Positions 17,670 through 29,578 are shown, numbered from the stretch's first letter. The stretch: DNA of 64,000 nucleotides from an uncultured Verrucomicrobiae bacterium (GCA_963765205.1 CAVXVB010000008.1:443049-507048), one strand, 5' to 3'. Notes: generated by a model not told the origin, from the letters alone. A program made the numbers and translations.

Positions 17670-19328
17670 TCACGCGGACTCCTTGATGGCGAGCAAGTCC
17701 TTCATGACTTTACCGAGGTTGACATTGCGGACGCCGCCGAGGTTGTCGTGGAGCTTCATGTAGAGTTTGTAGAGTTTGTTGTAGGTGGCTTTTTCGGCGC
17801 GGCGCGGTTTGTAAACGACGTCCTTCCAGCCGGTCATGGCTTTTTGCGCACTCGCGAAATCGGCGTGGACGCCGGCCATGACGGACGCGGCGACGGCGGA
17901 GCCGAGCGCGCAGGCCTGGGCCGAGCGCGCGACGCGCATCTCGCGCCCGGTGGCGTCGGCGTAGATTTGCATGAGCAGGGGATTTTTCTCCGCGATGCCG
18001 CCGGCGCAGACGACCGTGCGCACCGGCACGCCGTAAGCCTCGATGCGTTCGAGGATGGCGCGCGCGCCGAAGGCGGTCGCCTCGAGGAGGGCGCGGTAGA
18101 TTTCGGCGCGGGTGGTGTGGAGGGTCTGGCCGAGGAGGAGGCCGGTGAGGCGCTGGTCCACGAGAATGGTCCGGTTGCCGTTGTTCCAGTCGAGGGCGAG
18201 CAGGCCGCTCGCGCCCGGGCGCAGATGCGCGGCCTCGGCGGTGAGTTGCTCGTGCAGCGCGGCGCTGCCCTGGCACACGACCTCGACCCACCATTTGAAA
18301 ATATCACCGACGGCGGACTGCCCGGCCTCGATGCCGTAATAACCCGGCAGAATCGCGCCTTTGACGATGCCGCAGATGCCGGGAATGTCCGCCACGGTTT
18401 TTTGCGCGGAGACGACGGCGCAGTCGCACGTCGAAGTGCCAATGACTTTGACGAGCACGCCTTCCTCGACGGCGCACCCGATGGCGCCGTAGTGCACGTC
18501 AAATTCGCCGATGGCGATGGCGAGGCCTTCCCGCAGACCAAAGCGCCGCGCCCACTCCGCGCAGAGCCGGCCGGCGGGCGTCGCAGCGTCGTAGGCCGTA
18601 TCATAGAGCCGGTCGCGCAAAGCGGCGAGCCTGGGGTCGAGCGCGGCGAGAAATTCCTTATCGGGTAACCCACCCCAGTCCTCGGCATACATGGCCTTGT
18701 GGCCGGCGGCGCAGACCCCGCGCTTAATGGCCTTCGGGTCGCGGACGCCCGCGAGCACGGACGGCACCCAATCGCAGAGTTCGACCCACGAATACGCGGC
18801 GTCGAACACGGCGGGCGCGGTGTTCAGGCAGTGCCAGATTTTGCTCCACCACCATTCGGAGGAATAAGTGTTGCCGCATTTAGCGACATATTGCGGGCGC
18901 AGCGCGCGGGCGACGGCGGTGATTTTCGCAGCTTCGGCGTGGCCCGTGTGGTCTTTCCAGAGCCAGCATTGCGCGGCGAGATTGTCTTTGAAACGCGGGT
19001 CCAGCGCCAGCGGCAGGTTGTGTTGATCCACAGGCAACGGACTGGATCCGGTCGAGTCCACGCCAAGGCCGACGACCTGGTCGGGATGGAAGCTGTCATC
19101 CGCCTGCGCGGCCTGGGCGAGCGCGCCGCGCACGGCCTGCTCCATGCCGACGAGGTAGTCGCCCGGATGCTGGCGGGCGAGATTGTGGTCGCGTTCGTCG
19201 AGCAACACACCCTGGCGGCCGCTCGGGTAATCCACGACGCAGGTGCCGAGTTCGCGGCCATCGCGGCAGCGCACGACGAGCGCGCGCACGGAGTTGGTGC
19301 CAAAGTCCAAGCCGAGGGTAACTGCCAT
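17670..19328 (-). CDS. araB: Ribulokinase
   Basis: GLDFGTNSVR, LWKDHT, YSSEWWWSK, EAGQSAVGD, LDWNNGNR. Confidence 0.95.
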   Translation of the reverse strand: MAVTLGLDFGTNSVRALVVRCRDGRELGTCVVDYPSGRQGVLLDERDHNLARQHPGDYLVGMEQAVRGALAQAAQADDSFHPDQVVGLGVDSTGSSPLPVDQHNLPLALDPRFKDNLAAQCWLWKDHTGHAEAAKITAVARALRPQYVAKCGNTYSSEWWWSKIWHCLNTAPAVFDAAYSWVELCDWVPSVLAGVRDPKAIKRGVCAAGHKAMYAEDWGGLPDKEFLAALDPRLAALRDRLYDTAYDAATPAGRLCAEWARRFGLREGLAIAIGEFDVHYGAIGCAVEEGVLVKVIGTSTCDCAVVSAQKTVADIPGICGIVKGAILPGYYGIEAGQSAVGDIFKWWVEVVCQGSAALHEQLTAEAAHLRPGASGLLALDWNNGNRTILVDQRLTGLLLGQTLHTTRAEIYRALLEATAFGARAILERIEAYGVPVRTVVCAGGIAEKNPLLMQIYADATGREMRVARSAQACALGSAVAASVMAGVHADFASAQKAMTGWKDVVYKPRRAEKATYNKLYKLYMKLHDNLGGVRNVNLGKVMKDLLAIKESA

Positions 19329-19450
19329 GGCTGACGATAAAGACTCTGCAACGAAGACGGCAAGTCCGGGTTTCATCTTTTAAGCAGGCGCAGAAAGAAT
19401 GAGGACGGTTTGGGAACAGAACATACCACCTTCTACCCCGGAGTTCAGCC

Positions 19451-19645
19451 ATGAGTGAAAACAAATTACCCCAGCCTCCCGAGTTGAACCAATCCATTCC
19501 CCCGGTGGTTGAATCAAACGTCCGGAGCGTCACCGAACATCCGCGCCGGAATCAATTTTCGGTGGCGTTTTGGGTTATCTTGGTCGTGATTGTGATCATA
19601 TTTTTTGGGCTGGTCGTAAACCTGAATAGCTTTGGCGGGTATTAA
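19451..19645 (+). CDS. Small membrane protein
   Basis: 64 aa with a C-terminal TM, immediately upstream of the desaturase. Confidence 0.45.
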   Translation: MSENKLPQPPELNQSIPPVVESNVRSVTEHPRRNQFSVAFWVILVVIVIIFFGLVVNLNSFGGY

Positions 19646-19663
19646 TCCAACCTCGCAACCACC

Positions 19664-20548
19664 ATGGCCCTGCTTGAACAAGTCACGCTATCGAGCCTGG
19701 CGTTTCTGGGCCTGTTGCTGGCGCTGTTTGCGCCGGTGGAATGGCTGGTGCCCGCGCGGAAAAACCGGGCGCAGGCTCCGCTGGCCGACTGGATCCATTT
19801 CTGGGCCAACCCGGCCATTGGCGCTGCGGTCGCGTTGACTTTGTTTGCCCTGCTCGGCGCGACGATTCGCAATTTGTTGCCAGCGTCGGTGCTCGCGTGG
19901 ACGGGCGGGCAGCCGCTGGCGGTGCAGTTGATCCTCGCCGTGATGCTGGCGGAACTGTGGGGTTATCGGGCGCACCGCCTGGCCCACGCCAGCCCGTGGC
20001 TGTGGCGCTTTCACCGGGTGCATCACAGCATCGAGGAGATGCACTGGGTTTCGGCGCACCGGCAGCATCCGCTCGACGTGGTCTGGACCATCGCCGGCGC
20101 GAATCTGCCGGCGTTCGCGCTCGGCATCGGGCTGCAGCCGCTCGCGGCCTTCATCCTGTTCGAGCGTTGTTATACCGTATTTTTGCACGCCAACCTCGAC
20201 TGCACCTATGGGCCTGCGAGCCGGTTGCTTGCTTCTCCGCGCTTTCATCATTGGCACCACGACGCCGGAGGCACCGGCGCCCATCGCAATTTCGCCGGGA
20301 TGTTTTCCTGCCTCGACTGGATTTTCGGCACCTACCGTGCCCCGGCCCGACCCCCGGAAAAATTTGGCCCGAAGGAAATCGCCCCCGAGGGCTATTGGAA
20401 CCAAATTCTTGTCGGGAATCCTTCGCCTAAAAATATCATGCGGCCAAGAACGCAAAACGGGTTCCCGCTCCCTGCACAGTGCTTCCCACCCATCACTTCA
20501 AGGGGCGACCGTGATATTCACGCGCATAAAGCGCAGGGGATTGGATGA
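19664..20548 (+). CDS. Sterol desaturase / fatty acid hydroxylase family protein
   Basis: His boxes HRLAH, HRVHH, HAN, HHWHH. Confidence 0.9.
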   Translation: MALLEQVTLSSLAFLGLLLALFAPVEWLVPARKNRAQAPLADWIHFWANPAIGAAVALTLFALLGATIRNLLPASVLAWTGGQPLAVQLILAVMLAELWGYRAHRLAHASPWLWRFHRVHHSIEEMHWVSAHRQHPLDVVWTIAGANLPAFALGIGLQPLAAFILFERCYTVFLHANLDCTYGPASRLLASPRFHHWHHDAGGTGAHRNFAGMFSCLDWIFGTYRAPARPPEKFGPKEIAPEGYWNQILVGNPSPKNIMRPRTQNGFPLPAQCFPPITSRGDRDIHAHKAQGIG

Positions 20549-23500
20549 GTTGAACGGTTGGCTGTCGCGGTAAGTCACGGTTTCGGTGCCGTCGCCATTG
20601 TTCACCGGGGTGCCGACCAGCACGGCGTTCGCCGTCCAGGGGCCGGTGGCCGCATTGCTGGTTTGCGGCGTGTAGGTCAAATCACCCGGCGGGGTGCGTT
20701 CGCGGAAGGTGATGGTGAGGTAATTGACACCCCCGATGTTTTGAATGGTCACCTGCGACAGGCCGGCCGGGCCGGTGGTGCCGCGCACGAGGGGATTAAG
20801 TCCGAAGGCATAGTCGAGGACATTGGAAAGGCTGTCGCCGTTGGGATCGGCGGTGCTGCCGCTAACCAGAGGATTGGCGAGTTGGGAGGACGTGAAAGTT
20901 TCCGCCTGCCAGGTGGCGAAGGTCAACTGGGCGACATTAACCAAGGTCTGCTGGGTAACGTCGAGCAAGGCCCCGCCCAAGAGCGGCGCGCCGAGGTTGA
21001 CCGCCAGGGTTCCATTCGCGGACGAAGCGAGGGGGATGGACGCGGTTTTCGACGCACTGTCGCCATTCGCCCAAGTGAGCGTGCCGAGGACCGGGTGACG
21101 CCGGTGAGCGCCGCGCTAGCCGCGTCCGTGGCGTAGTTGACCGAAAGCGCGCCGGAGCTGCCATCCGTGCGCGTCGCCGTCAGCACGAGCGAGTCGCCCG
21201 GAGTACCGTCGGCTGAAGCGACGCTCCATTGCACCGTGCCGGGCAAACCGGCCAGCCCGGAAAAGAAGCGCCACATCGGGGTGTCGGAGACGGTCTGAAA
21301 GTTTCCAAAGTAGCCGCCGTAGAGCAGTTCCCCGTCGGGCTGGAGCGCAAAATCACTGACGGCGGCATTCGGTCCGGTGCTGGAAGGGAAGAGCGGGTCC
21401 GTCGCGCCGGTACTGGTTAGGCGCGCAAGGTTACTGGCGGCCGCGCCGTTGACATGAGCGAAGCTGCCACCGACCAGGATTTTGCCATCGGGTTGCACCA
21501 GCAAGGCGTCGCAGGTGCCGTCGGTGGTTGGCGCAAAGGTCGTGTCAAGCGCGCCAGTGGAGGTGACGCGCGCCAGGCCGCCGCGGGCGACGTTGTTATA
21601 GGCGGTGAAATTTCCCGCAATCACAATGTTGCCGTCCAATTGCACGGCAATGGAATTGATGGGGAGCAGGCTGCTCGTGTTGCCGCTGGCGGTCGCACCC
21701 TGCACAATGCCATTGAAGGTCGCATCCAGAGTCCCGTTGGCATTGAGGCGGCACAAACCTGATTTGAAGTTGACGTTACCGGGGATATAGAACTCGCCGC
21801 CGACCAGGAGTTTCCCATCGGGCTGCAGCGCCAGCGACTGCACATACCAACCAGCCGTACCATTGCCGAGAGAGGGAGACGGGCCGGTGAAGCTCGTATC
21901 GAGCGAGCCGTTCGCGTTCAAGCGCGCCAAAAAGGGGCAAGTTGTGCCATTATAATGCAGGAAGGCACCGCCGATGACGATTTTTCCATCGGGTTGAGCG
22001 AGGGTGGCATACACGACATTGTCCGGGCCGGTCCCGGATTGAAAGGACGTGTCGAGGGAGCCGTTGGTGTTGAGCCGCGCAAGATTGTTGACGGGCGTGC
22101 CATTGACGGTGGTGAAATCTCCCCCGATGATGATTTTTCCATCAGGCTGGCGCGCGGCGTCGTAAACCACGCCCAAGTCCAGGTTCCCCTCCAAGTTTCC
22201 GGTCACACCGCCGGTGGTGTCGAAGAGAACATCCACGGTGCCGTCAGCGTTGAATCGCGCGATGCCGCCCTGGTTGTAGATGGTGGAATTCACGTCCTCC
22301 AGTTTTGAAAACCAGCCGGCGGCGACAATTTTTCCATCCGGCTGCACGATAACGCGGTTGACGGCACTGTTGACGAAGAAAAGCGCGAAGCCCGGATCGG
22401 GTGCGCCGGGCGCGCCTAGGTCCACCGTGGCAGTGGCGTTGCCGCCAATCACAGCGCCGGTGGGGCTGCTTAATGTCACCGTGAAGGCTTTGATGCCTCC
22501 GGCAATCGCTCCGGGAGTGATGGGGATGGTGATGGTCTTGGGGCTCGAATCGCCCGCGGCCCAGTCCACGACGCCGGATTGCGCGGTGTAATCGGCGGGC
22601 GCGGTCGCGTTGGTCACATTGGCGGTGGGAGTGGACGTGCCGTCGGAGGTGGTGTAGTTGACACTCAAAGCGGCCGCGCCGTTATCAATGCGAACCACGG
22701 TCAGGGTGGCCTGGCCGATTTGTTCATCCGCATAAAACGTGGCTTGCGACCATTCGATGCGGGGCTGGAAAGTCACCACGAGGTCGAGGTAGGCGCCCGC
22801 GCCACTCCCGCCCTGATCCAAGGTTTTCATAGTGATGCCCGCGGCGGTGTCGTTAAAGGTGCTGCCGACTTCGAGCGCTGGATTGGTGGCGGTGGTGCCG
22901 GGGTTGGTGAGGTTGAGCAAGTTGCCCTGCTGGTTATCATTGTAACCCCAGAGGACATACGCGCCGCCGCTCAGGTTTGCGTTGCCGGAGTTGGTGCGGT
23001 AGCCAATCCAGTAATCGTGCGTGTCGTCGCGAACGATTTTCAAGGCGAGCGGGTTGGTGATGTTGGCCGCCGGATTGTCGAAGGTGTAAACCCGGTAGGT
23101 GCCGGAGGTGGAGATGGTCGTGACCGCGGTGTCGGGGATCCATTCGAGAATGCTGCGGTTCCACTGGGTGTATTGGTTGACCTCCGTCAGACCGCCGCCC
23201 ATGACGTTGAAGGGGTCGCCGTATTCCACCGATGTGCCATTGGGCGAGACGGGATTGCCGTCCGTCACGGACCAGAGATTCGCGTGATTGAGGCCGAAGG
23301 TGTGGCCCATTTCGTGGGCGACCTGGCTCAAATTAAACTCCCCGTTGATCCAAAAATCCGGGCCAATGACCTCGCCGAGGCCGCCGTAGGTGATTTGCGA
23401 GTTGGGGATGTTGCCCAAGTTGGAAAACACCACGCCGATGCGGTCGTAGGAGGCCACGTCATACCCGGCATTGGTCGCCAACGTTTCGGCGTCGCTATGC

Positions 23501-24768
23501 AGAAGGGTGTTGGCGCCGGCGGTCGCATAGCTGGCCGCCGTGCCGGGCATACGCAAGACGGGGGTGACATCGGGGGAAATGCCGTTGACGACCGCGCCGA
23601 TCTGCAAGGTCGCCTGGCCGTAACTGGCCTGACTAAAAAAATCGCCCACGCCGCCCGCTTGATTGTAACGGTTGACGATGTAGTCCGTGGTGATAGGAGT
23701 GTTGGTCGTGTTGGCGACCGGGTCATAGGGGTTTACCGGCGTGCCCGGCAGGTCGGAGAAATCCACGACGATAATCAGCACTTTTTTAGTGCCATGCGTC
23801 CAGGCGGAGGTGGGGCGGCCGGTGACATCGCTGCTACCCGGCGCGCCATCGGCTTCGACTGCCGCATAGTTGGACTGCTCGGCCTTGATCAAGTTTTGCT
23901 CATACAGATTCAAGTGCGTCTGGCAGCAGAGGATGTAAATTTGCCCATTGGCCTCGACGGCGGTGGGGACGGCGAGGTTCAACCCCGCGCTGGCGTTGAC
24001 GGGCGTGACGTTGCCCGAGATGACGCACACGTTGTTCACGGCCCGCGACCCGGGGAGTTCGCCCGCTTCGAGGACGCGCACGGGCGAATCGCTCACGGCC
24101 AGGGCCTGGTCCACGGCGATGCCGATGATGGATGTTTTCGGCAAGGTCGCCAGGGTGGCGCGCCGGCCATAGGCATAGACGCGGTATTCGCGGCCGTTGA
24201 TGAGGGTGGAGCGGTAGTCCGCCACCGCCGCAGTGGACCCGAACGATGACGAACCGGCGAGCAATTCCAAATCACCCTGGGCGGAGACGCGTTCCTCGAG
24301 GAACGCGAGAATTTCCGGCGGAAGCTGCTGGCGCACGACCATCGGCACCGCGTCGGCCAGGGCCTGTTCCGGATCGGTGGGGATGAGCGCGGCGAGGGCT
24401 GCGCGCCGCTGCCGCGCCAGGTTCTGCCCCTCGGCGAGCAAGCCGGCCCGTTGCGCGATGGTGGCGTTGAGGTAGCGCGCCGTCCAGTCGGCAAAGGCCG
24501 CCATGGCGGGTCGCGTTTCGGACAACCAGGCGGAAGCGATGACGGAATCAGGCGGCGGATTTTTTTCCGCCCGCACGGCCGGGGTCGGCGCGAGCCTGGT
24601 AAGCACGGGCGCGGGCGCCGCCGGCACAGGCACGGGAGTCGGGCTTGACGCCGCCAGCCGCCGCGAACGCGAGGTCGGCAACGCCGCCGACTGCGGCCGG
24701 AAAAAATAAAAACCCAGCCCCACGACTCCCACACCAAGCAGCAGCAAGACAAGCGCGCGTTTCCTCAT
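20498..24768 (-). CDS. Large secreted protein: M11/M6-like metalloprotease + Calx-beta + delta-60 repeats (apparent frameshift near 21095)
   Basis: HEMGHTFGLNH zincin motif, EYGDPF, Calx-beta segment, repeated QPDGKI motifs; C-terminus in ORF 20498-20980. Confidence 0.8.
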
Positions 24769-24834
24769 ATTTTTCCAGTATGCCCGAAAACCGGGCCAGG
24801 CTCAAGCCTAGGTTCCGTTTTGAAACTTTTTTTC

Positions 24835-24912
24835 ACCGCCAAGACGCCAAGACCGCGAAGGGTGCTCATATGCAAAAACCCTCTTTGCATTCTTCGCGAC
24901 TTGGCGGTGAAT
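24835..24912. repeat. Palindromic element with CGCCAAGA units
   Basis: tcaccgccaagacgccaagaccgcgaag ... cttcgcgacttggcggtga. Confidence 0.65.
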
Positions 24913-25319
24913 CAGCCCTTGCCGCAATTGATCATCCACGGCGTGCCGAACTGGTCCACCACCATGCCGAAGCGATGCGCCCAAAAGGTTTCCTGCAGGG
25001 GGCATTGCACCACGCCGCCCTCCTCCAGACTCGCAAAGATGCGCTCCGCCTTCGATGCATCTTCGAGGTGGAGCGTCACGGAAAAGCCCCGTGGCTTCTG
25101 AAAACTGGCCGGAGGCGAGTCGGAGCCTTGCAACACCTGGTCGCCGAGCGCCAGCGTGGCGTGCAGGATTTTCTGCTGCCAATCCGGCGCAGTTTGCCCG
25201 GCCATGGGCGAACTCGCGTAGGTCATCATCATCATGATCTTGCCGCCGAGGCACTGCTCATAGAATTTAAAGGCCGCCTCGCATTGGCCGTTGAATGTCA
25301 GGTAGGGACTGATTCGCAT
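24912..25319 (-). CDS. VOC-family (PhnB-like) protein
   Basis: PYLTFNGQCEAAFKFY, HATL, ETFW..RFGMVVDQFGTPW. Confidence 0.9.
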   Translation of the reverse strand: MRISPYLTFNGQCEAAFKFYEQCLGGKIMMMMTYASSPMAGQTAPDWQQKILHATLALGDQVLQGSDSPPASFQKPRGFSVTLHLEDASKAERIFASLEEGGVVQCPLQETFWAHRFGMVVDQFGTPWMINCGKG

Positions 25320-25525
25320 CGTTCCCTCGATTTAATCCCCACCCCCGACACCGGCAACCCCAAAAAGGCAATTTACCATCAGTGCGTTTAGCCGGCGATC
25401 GGGATTCAGAATGAATATGCAGTTCTTCAAAAAAATCAGGAGCTTGTTTGGTAATTTAATGTCAGAGTATAAAAGCAGTTCGAGAAGTAACTTTACTGTG
25501 TTGGCATATCTTACAGGTAAATAAC

Positions 25526-25732
25526 ATGTCCCAAAGTATGGTTAATAACGAGCCTAAAACAAAAGGGTCTCTTATCGATATTGACACCTTGGTTTTGCAA
25601 GTTCCGGACGATTTTGATAAAAGCGATGGCAGCATGGATCGGTTGTTTGATGACATGCACCGCTCAAGCAAGGAGCTTTTCTTTAAGATGCTTTCTCCTG
25701 AGTTTTTACTAACATTGAACCCCGAATATTAG
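25526..25732 (+). pseudogene. Low-GC gene remnant resembling the TIGR04255-family C-terminus
   Basis: IDID...DMH..KELFF..LS..LNPEY; AT-rich tract 25.4-25.9 kb with upstream stops. Confidence 0.4.
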
Positions 25733-26157
25733 TAAATCATGAATCACTCGAATACAAATGCCGGTACGGTTTTTACTGAAATCAAAGAAATTCCCCATGG
25801 CTCGTGGCCGTCTTTGATGATCAAAAAATTATGGGTGGGCATAGAGCGAATCCTAGGAAATGTATTTCTATGGAAGCGCGGTTCATAGAATGGAGATAGG
25901 GTTTTTAGCGAACATTCTGCCGATACCTGTTCAAGGAATTGGCGGTAAATGGTAAACTCAACATGGCGGTAGCAGGGGCCCGCCCCTGCTACCGAGATTC
26001 CCTAGGGGCGATAACGTCCCGAGAGTTCAAAATCGCGGCCCTGGCGTGCGCTGTGTTGCTGGAGGCTTCATTTGTGGTAGTGCCGTTTTATGAACTGGTG
26101 CTGGCCAAAAAGCAAAGCAGTTGATTGAGACGGCGCCAAGGCTCTGACGGAACCAAG

Positions 26158-27606
26158 TTAATTTCCCCCGTTGCCGGGCGCGGCGGGATTCGCGCCGCGG
26201 CCGAAGCCGCCGCCCGGGCCAAAGCCGCCGCCGTTAATGATGGCGTTTTGCATCAAGCTTTGCATGGCGTTGCCGCCGCCCATCAGGTTGTTGAATTGCG
26301 ACATGCGTTGGAGCATTTGCGGCGTGATGTTCGTGAGCGCCTGTTTTTGCAGGTCGGTGAACGTGGTGGAATTGGCGAGGTATTGATTAAAACCCGTTTG
26401 ATCCTGCTGCATCCATTGCAGGGCGACGCCGAACGTCGCGCCCTGGCGCATATTGTCATCGGTGATGGTGCCGACCCATTGCATCGCGGTGCCCGGGTCC
26501 TCCGAACTGGAACTGAGCGCGAAAATGGCGACCGAGCTGTCCTTGGTTGGCGAGGGCGGCAGTTGGTTGAGGAACTGGCCGGCGGCATCGAGGTCGTAAT
26601 TGGTCCAGGACTGCATCGCCGTGGCCAGAAGCTGGCCGCCGGGCTTGCCAGGGGGATTGTTGGGGTCGGCGTTGGCATTGGCGGCTTCTTGCTGATCCAT
26701 TTGTGAAGCCCAAGTGGCGGCGGCGGCGGGGTCGTTGGCGGCCCAGGCTTTGGCGACCTGGACGCCCATGGCGGTCTGTTGTTGCGGGTCGGTCAGGCTG
26801 GCGACCCAGGCCGAGGCGTCCTGGGGCGAGGCGGCGGCCCAGCTCGCGGCCAATTGCGCATTGGCGTCATCCCGCGTCTGGCCGGCGGGCATCTGGCTGA
26901 AGAGCGCGGCGGCTTGCGAAAACTCGCCCTGGTCGGTCAGGGTGTCCGACAAGGCCTTGACGGCGGCGCTTTTCATTTGGAGGTCTTGCGCGGTGTCGCC
27001 GCTCAAGGCATTGACGGCGGCGAGCGCGCCGGCGGGATCGGAGGAGGCGTAACCGGCGATGGCGGCGGCAAAGCGCTGCTGGTTTGTCGTGGTGGAGCCG
27101 GCACCCGGATTGTCTTTCATCCATTGGAGGGCGGCTTTGGGGTCTTGCGCAGCCCAGGCTTTGAGCGCGTCGTCCACGCCGCCTTCGCGCAGGCGCGGGA
27201 CGGTGATGCTGCCGGTGGCGGCGAGAAAGCCCTGCGGGTCGCGTTGGGCCCAAGCGTCGTAAAGGGCGCCCATGAGGTCGTTGCGCCGCGAGTTGGCGGG
27301 CTGGTCTTTGAGGTCTTTCAAAGCGGCCAAGGCTTCTTCGGGGCTGAGGCCCTGTGCCCAAGCGGCGAGCATGTCCGCATCCAGTTTACCCTTGGCTTTG
27401 AGCAGGTTTTGCCAGGAGGCCGTGGAGCCGGTTTGGTCCAGCTCCAGGACGGTGTTGAGTTTGTTCGTCACCGGACGGGGTTTGGCCGCCGCAGTGCTTT
27501 TGGCCGCGGGCGCGGGGTTGTTATGATGGCCAAACCAGTAGCCGCCGAAGGCGCTGACCGCACAGGCGAGGACAAAAGTCGTGATCTTGATTAGCGGAGA
27601 TTTCAT
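26158..27606 (-). CDS. Membrane-anchored helical repeat protein (WAxxDPxAA repeats), paralog A
   Basis: N-terminal TM; repeated WAQRDP/WAAQDPKAA/WAANDPAAA. Confidence 0.8.
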   Translation of the reverse strand: MKSPLIKITTFVLACAVSAFGGYWFGHHNNPAPAAKSTAAAKPRPVTNKLNTVLELDQTGSTASWQNLLKAKGKLDADMLAAWAQGLSPEEALAALKDLKDQPANSRRNDLMGALYDAWAQRDPQGFLAATGSITVPRLREGGVDDALKAWAAQDPKAALQWMKDNPGAGSTTTNQQRFAAAIAGYASSDPAGALAAVNALSGDTAQDLQMKSAAVKALSDTLTDQGEFSQAAALFSQMPAGQTRDDANAQLAASWAAASPQDASAWVASLTDPQQQTAMGVQVAKAWAANDPAAAATWASQMDQQEAANANADPNNPPGKPGGQLLATAMQSWTNYDLDAAGQFLNQLPPSPTKDSSVAIFALSSSSEDPGTAMQWVGTITDDNMRQGATFGVALQWMQQDQTGFNQYLANSTTFTDLQKQALTNITPQMLQRMSQFNNLMGGGNAMQSLMQNAIINGGGFGPGGGFGRGANPAAPGNGGN

Positions 27607-27629
27607 GATGTTTTTTTTCTAAAAATTAA

Positions 27630-27680
27630 GTCGGATAGAGTCGGAGTAAGTCGGAGATGGTCGGAGATGGTCGGAGAAGA
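27630..27680. repeat. 10-nt tandem repeat (GTCGGAGATG-like) x5
   Basis: gtcggataga gtcggagtaa gtcggagatg gtcggagatg gtcggagaag. Confidence 0.7.
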
Positions 27681-27745
27681 AAATTTCGCGTTGAGATAAT
27701 TCAAGGTGGACGTTGCCAATGTTGGCGGACAGGGGCTGGAGGCGT

Positions 27746-29242
27746 TCAGTTCCCACCCGGCGCGCCGGGTGCAGGCTCGGCGCTGTCGGGCGCGGGGGCG
27801 TAGTCGGCGGGGTTGAAGTTGGCGCCACCGGGCGCGGTGGTGGGGATGGGGGCGGGGGCGTCGGCACGCTGGCCCACCAGACCTTTGCCATTAATAATAG
27901 CGTTCTCCATCATGGTCTGGACGGCGTCGCCGCCACCGAGGGCGGTGTTGAACTGGGTCAGGCTTTGCAGCGTGCCGGGGGGGATGCCGGCCAGCGCCGC
28001 CTTTTGGCTGTCGCTCAAGACCGGGGTGGTGCTGAGGAACTGGTTGTAGCCGGCGGGGTCCTGCTGCATCCATTCCAGCCCGACGCCGACGGTCATACCG
28101 AGGCGCATTTGCTCATCCGAAATGGAGTTGACCCATTGGAAGGCGCTGGCCGGGTCCTCCTGGCTGGCGCGCAGGGCATAGATGGCGACGGCGGGGTCTT
28201 TCGCGGGTGAAGTGGGCAGCAAATTCAGAAAGGAGCCGACGTTGTCGAGGTCGTAAGTCGTCCACGAGCGGATGGCGGTGGCGAGCAATTGGCCGGGTGG
28301 GGTGGGATTATCGGGGCCGGGGGGTTCGGCTTGGCCGTCCATTTTGGCGGCCCAGGTGGCGGCGGCGGCGGGGTCGTTCTCGGCCCAGGCTTGGGCGACT
28401 TGCGCACCAATGGTGGATTTGAGTTGCGGGTCACCGCTCAAGCCCTCGACCCAGGTGGCGGCGTCCTGCGGGGCGATTTGCGTCCAGCGCGTGGCGAGTT
28501 GGGTGAAAGCGTCGTCGCGAGTCGAGCCGGCGGGCAACTGGCTGAAGAAAGCGGAGGCTTGGGCGAAGCCGCCCTGGTCGGCGAGGGCATCCGCGAGGGC
28601 CTTGGTGGCGGCGCTTTTCATCATGCGGTCATGGACATTATCGTCATTGAGGGCGTTGACGGTGGCAAGGGCGCCGGCGGGGTCGGCGACGGCGTAGCCG
28701 GCGATGGCGGCGGCGTAGCGCTGGTCCGTGGCGGCGGTCGAGGCGGTGCCGGGATTGTCCTTGAACCATTGGAGGGCGGCCTTGGGGTCTTGGGCGGCCC
28801 AGGATTTCAAGGCCTCGTCCACGCCGCTTTCGCGCAGGCGGGGCACGGCTATGTCGCCGGCGCCGGTGAGGAAGCCCTTGGGGTCGCGGTCGGCCCAGGC
28901 ATTGTAGAGGGCGCCCAGGAGGTCGTTGCGCCGGGAATTCGCGGGTTCGCCCTTGAGCGATTTGAGGGCGTCGGCAATTTGCGCCGGGCTGAGGCTGCGC
29001 GCCCAGGCATCCAGCAAATCGGAATTTAGCGTGCCCGTCGAGGTGAGCAGGGCGCGCCAATCCACCGCCCGGTCGGAGGGGCCGCTGACCAGGATTGCGC
29101 GCAGAGAACTGGCCGGGGTGGGCCGCGCGCCAACGCCGGCACTGGCGGTGACCGCGGAGCGCTGGCCGAGCCAATACCCGGTGACAACGCCCAGACCGGC
29201 AATGCCGGCCACGAAAACTATTTTGAGTCCGGTGGATTTCAT
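27746..29242 (-). CDS. Membrane-anchored helical repeat protein, paralog B
   Basis: Shares long blocks with 26158-27606 (PANSRRNDL, VPRLRE.GVD.ALK.WAAQDPKAALQW). Confidence 0.8.
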   Translation of the reverse strand: MKSTGLKIVFVAGIAGLGVVTGYWLGQRSAVTASAGVGARPTPASSLRAILVSGPSDRAVDWRALLTSTGTLNSDLLDAWARSLSPAQIADALKSLKGEPANSRRNDLLGALYNAWADRDPKGFLTGAGDIAVPRLRESGVDEALKSWAAQDPKAALQWFKDNPGTASTAATDQRYAAAIAGYAVADPAGALATVNALNDDNVHDRMMKSAATKALADALADQGGFAQASAFFSQLPAGSTRDDAFTQLATRWTQIAPQDAATWVEGLSGDPQLKSTIGAQVAQAWAENDPAAAATWAAKMDGQAEPPGPDNPTPPGQLLATAIRSWTTYDLDNVGSFLNLLPTSPAKDPAVAIYALRASQEDPASAFQWVNSISDEQMRLGMTVGVGLEWMQQDPAGYNQFLSTTPVLSDSQKAALAGIPPGTLQSLTQFNTALGGGDAVQTMMENAIINGKGLVGQRADAPAPIPTTAPGGANFNPADYAPAPDSAEPAPGAPGGN

Positions 29243-29578
29243 GAAGGAAATAACCCCGCCGCCGCGATGAGGGATCGAGGTAATTATACAAGAAAATCGC
29301 CGCCATGCGAGCGCTTGTTTTTTGGCGGAGGCAAAGGCTTTGCAACCGGCAACCGAATCGCCGGCTTATTCTGGACAAATGAGGGTAGAACCAGGCAAAT
29401 CGGGCAACCTCAGTGTGCCCCTTTTCAGCCATCCTTTTCTACCCTTTTACATAACAATCAACGCAGCGCTTCGGGGTTGTGATCGGGCTTGGCTGATCTT
29501 TATGCAGTTGGCACCGGGAGCATATGAACAGGAAAAGCCATCCCCTCATTACATTTGGGGGATGGAGGCGGTGAGGGA

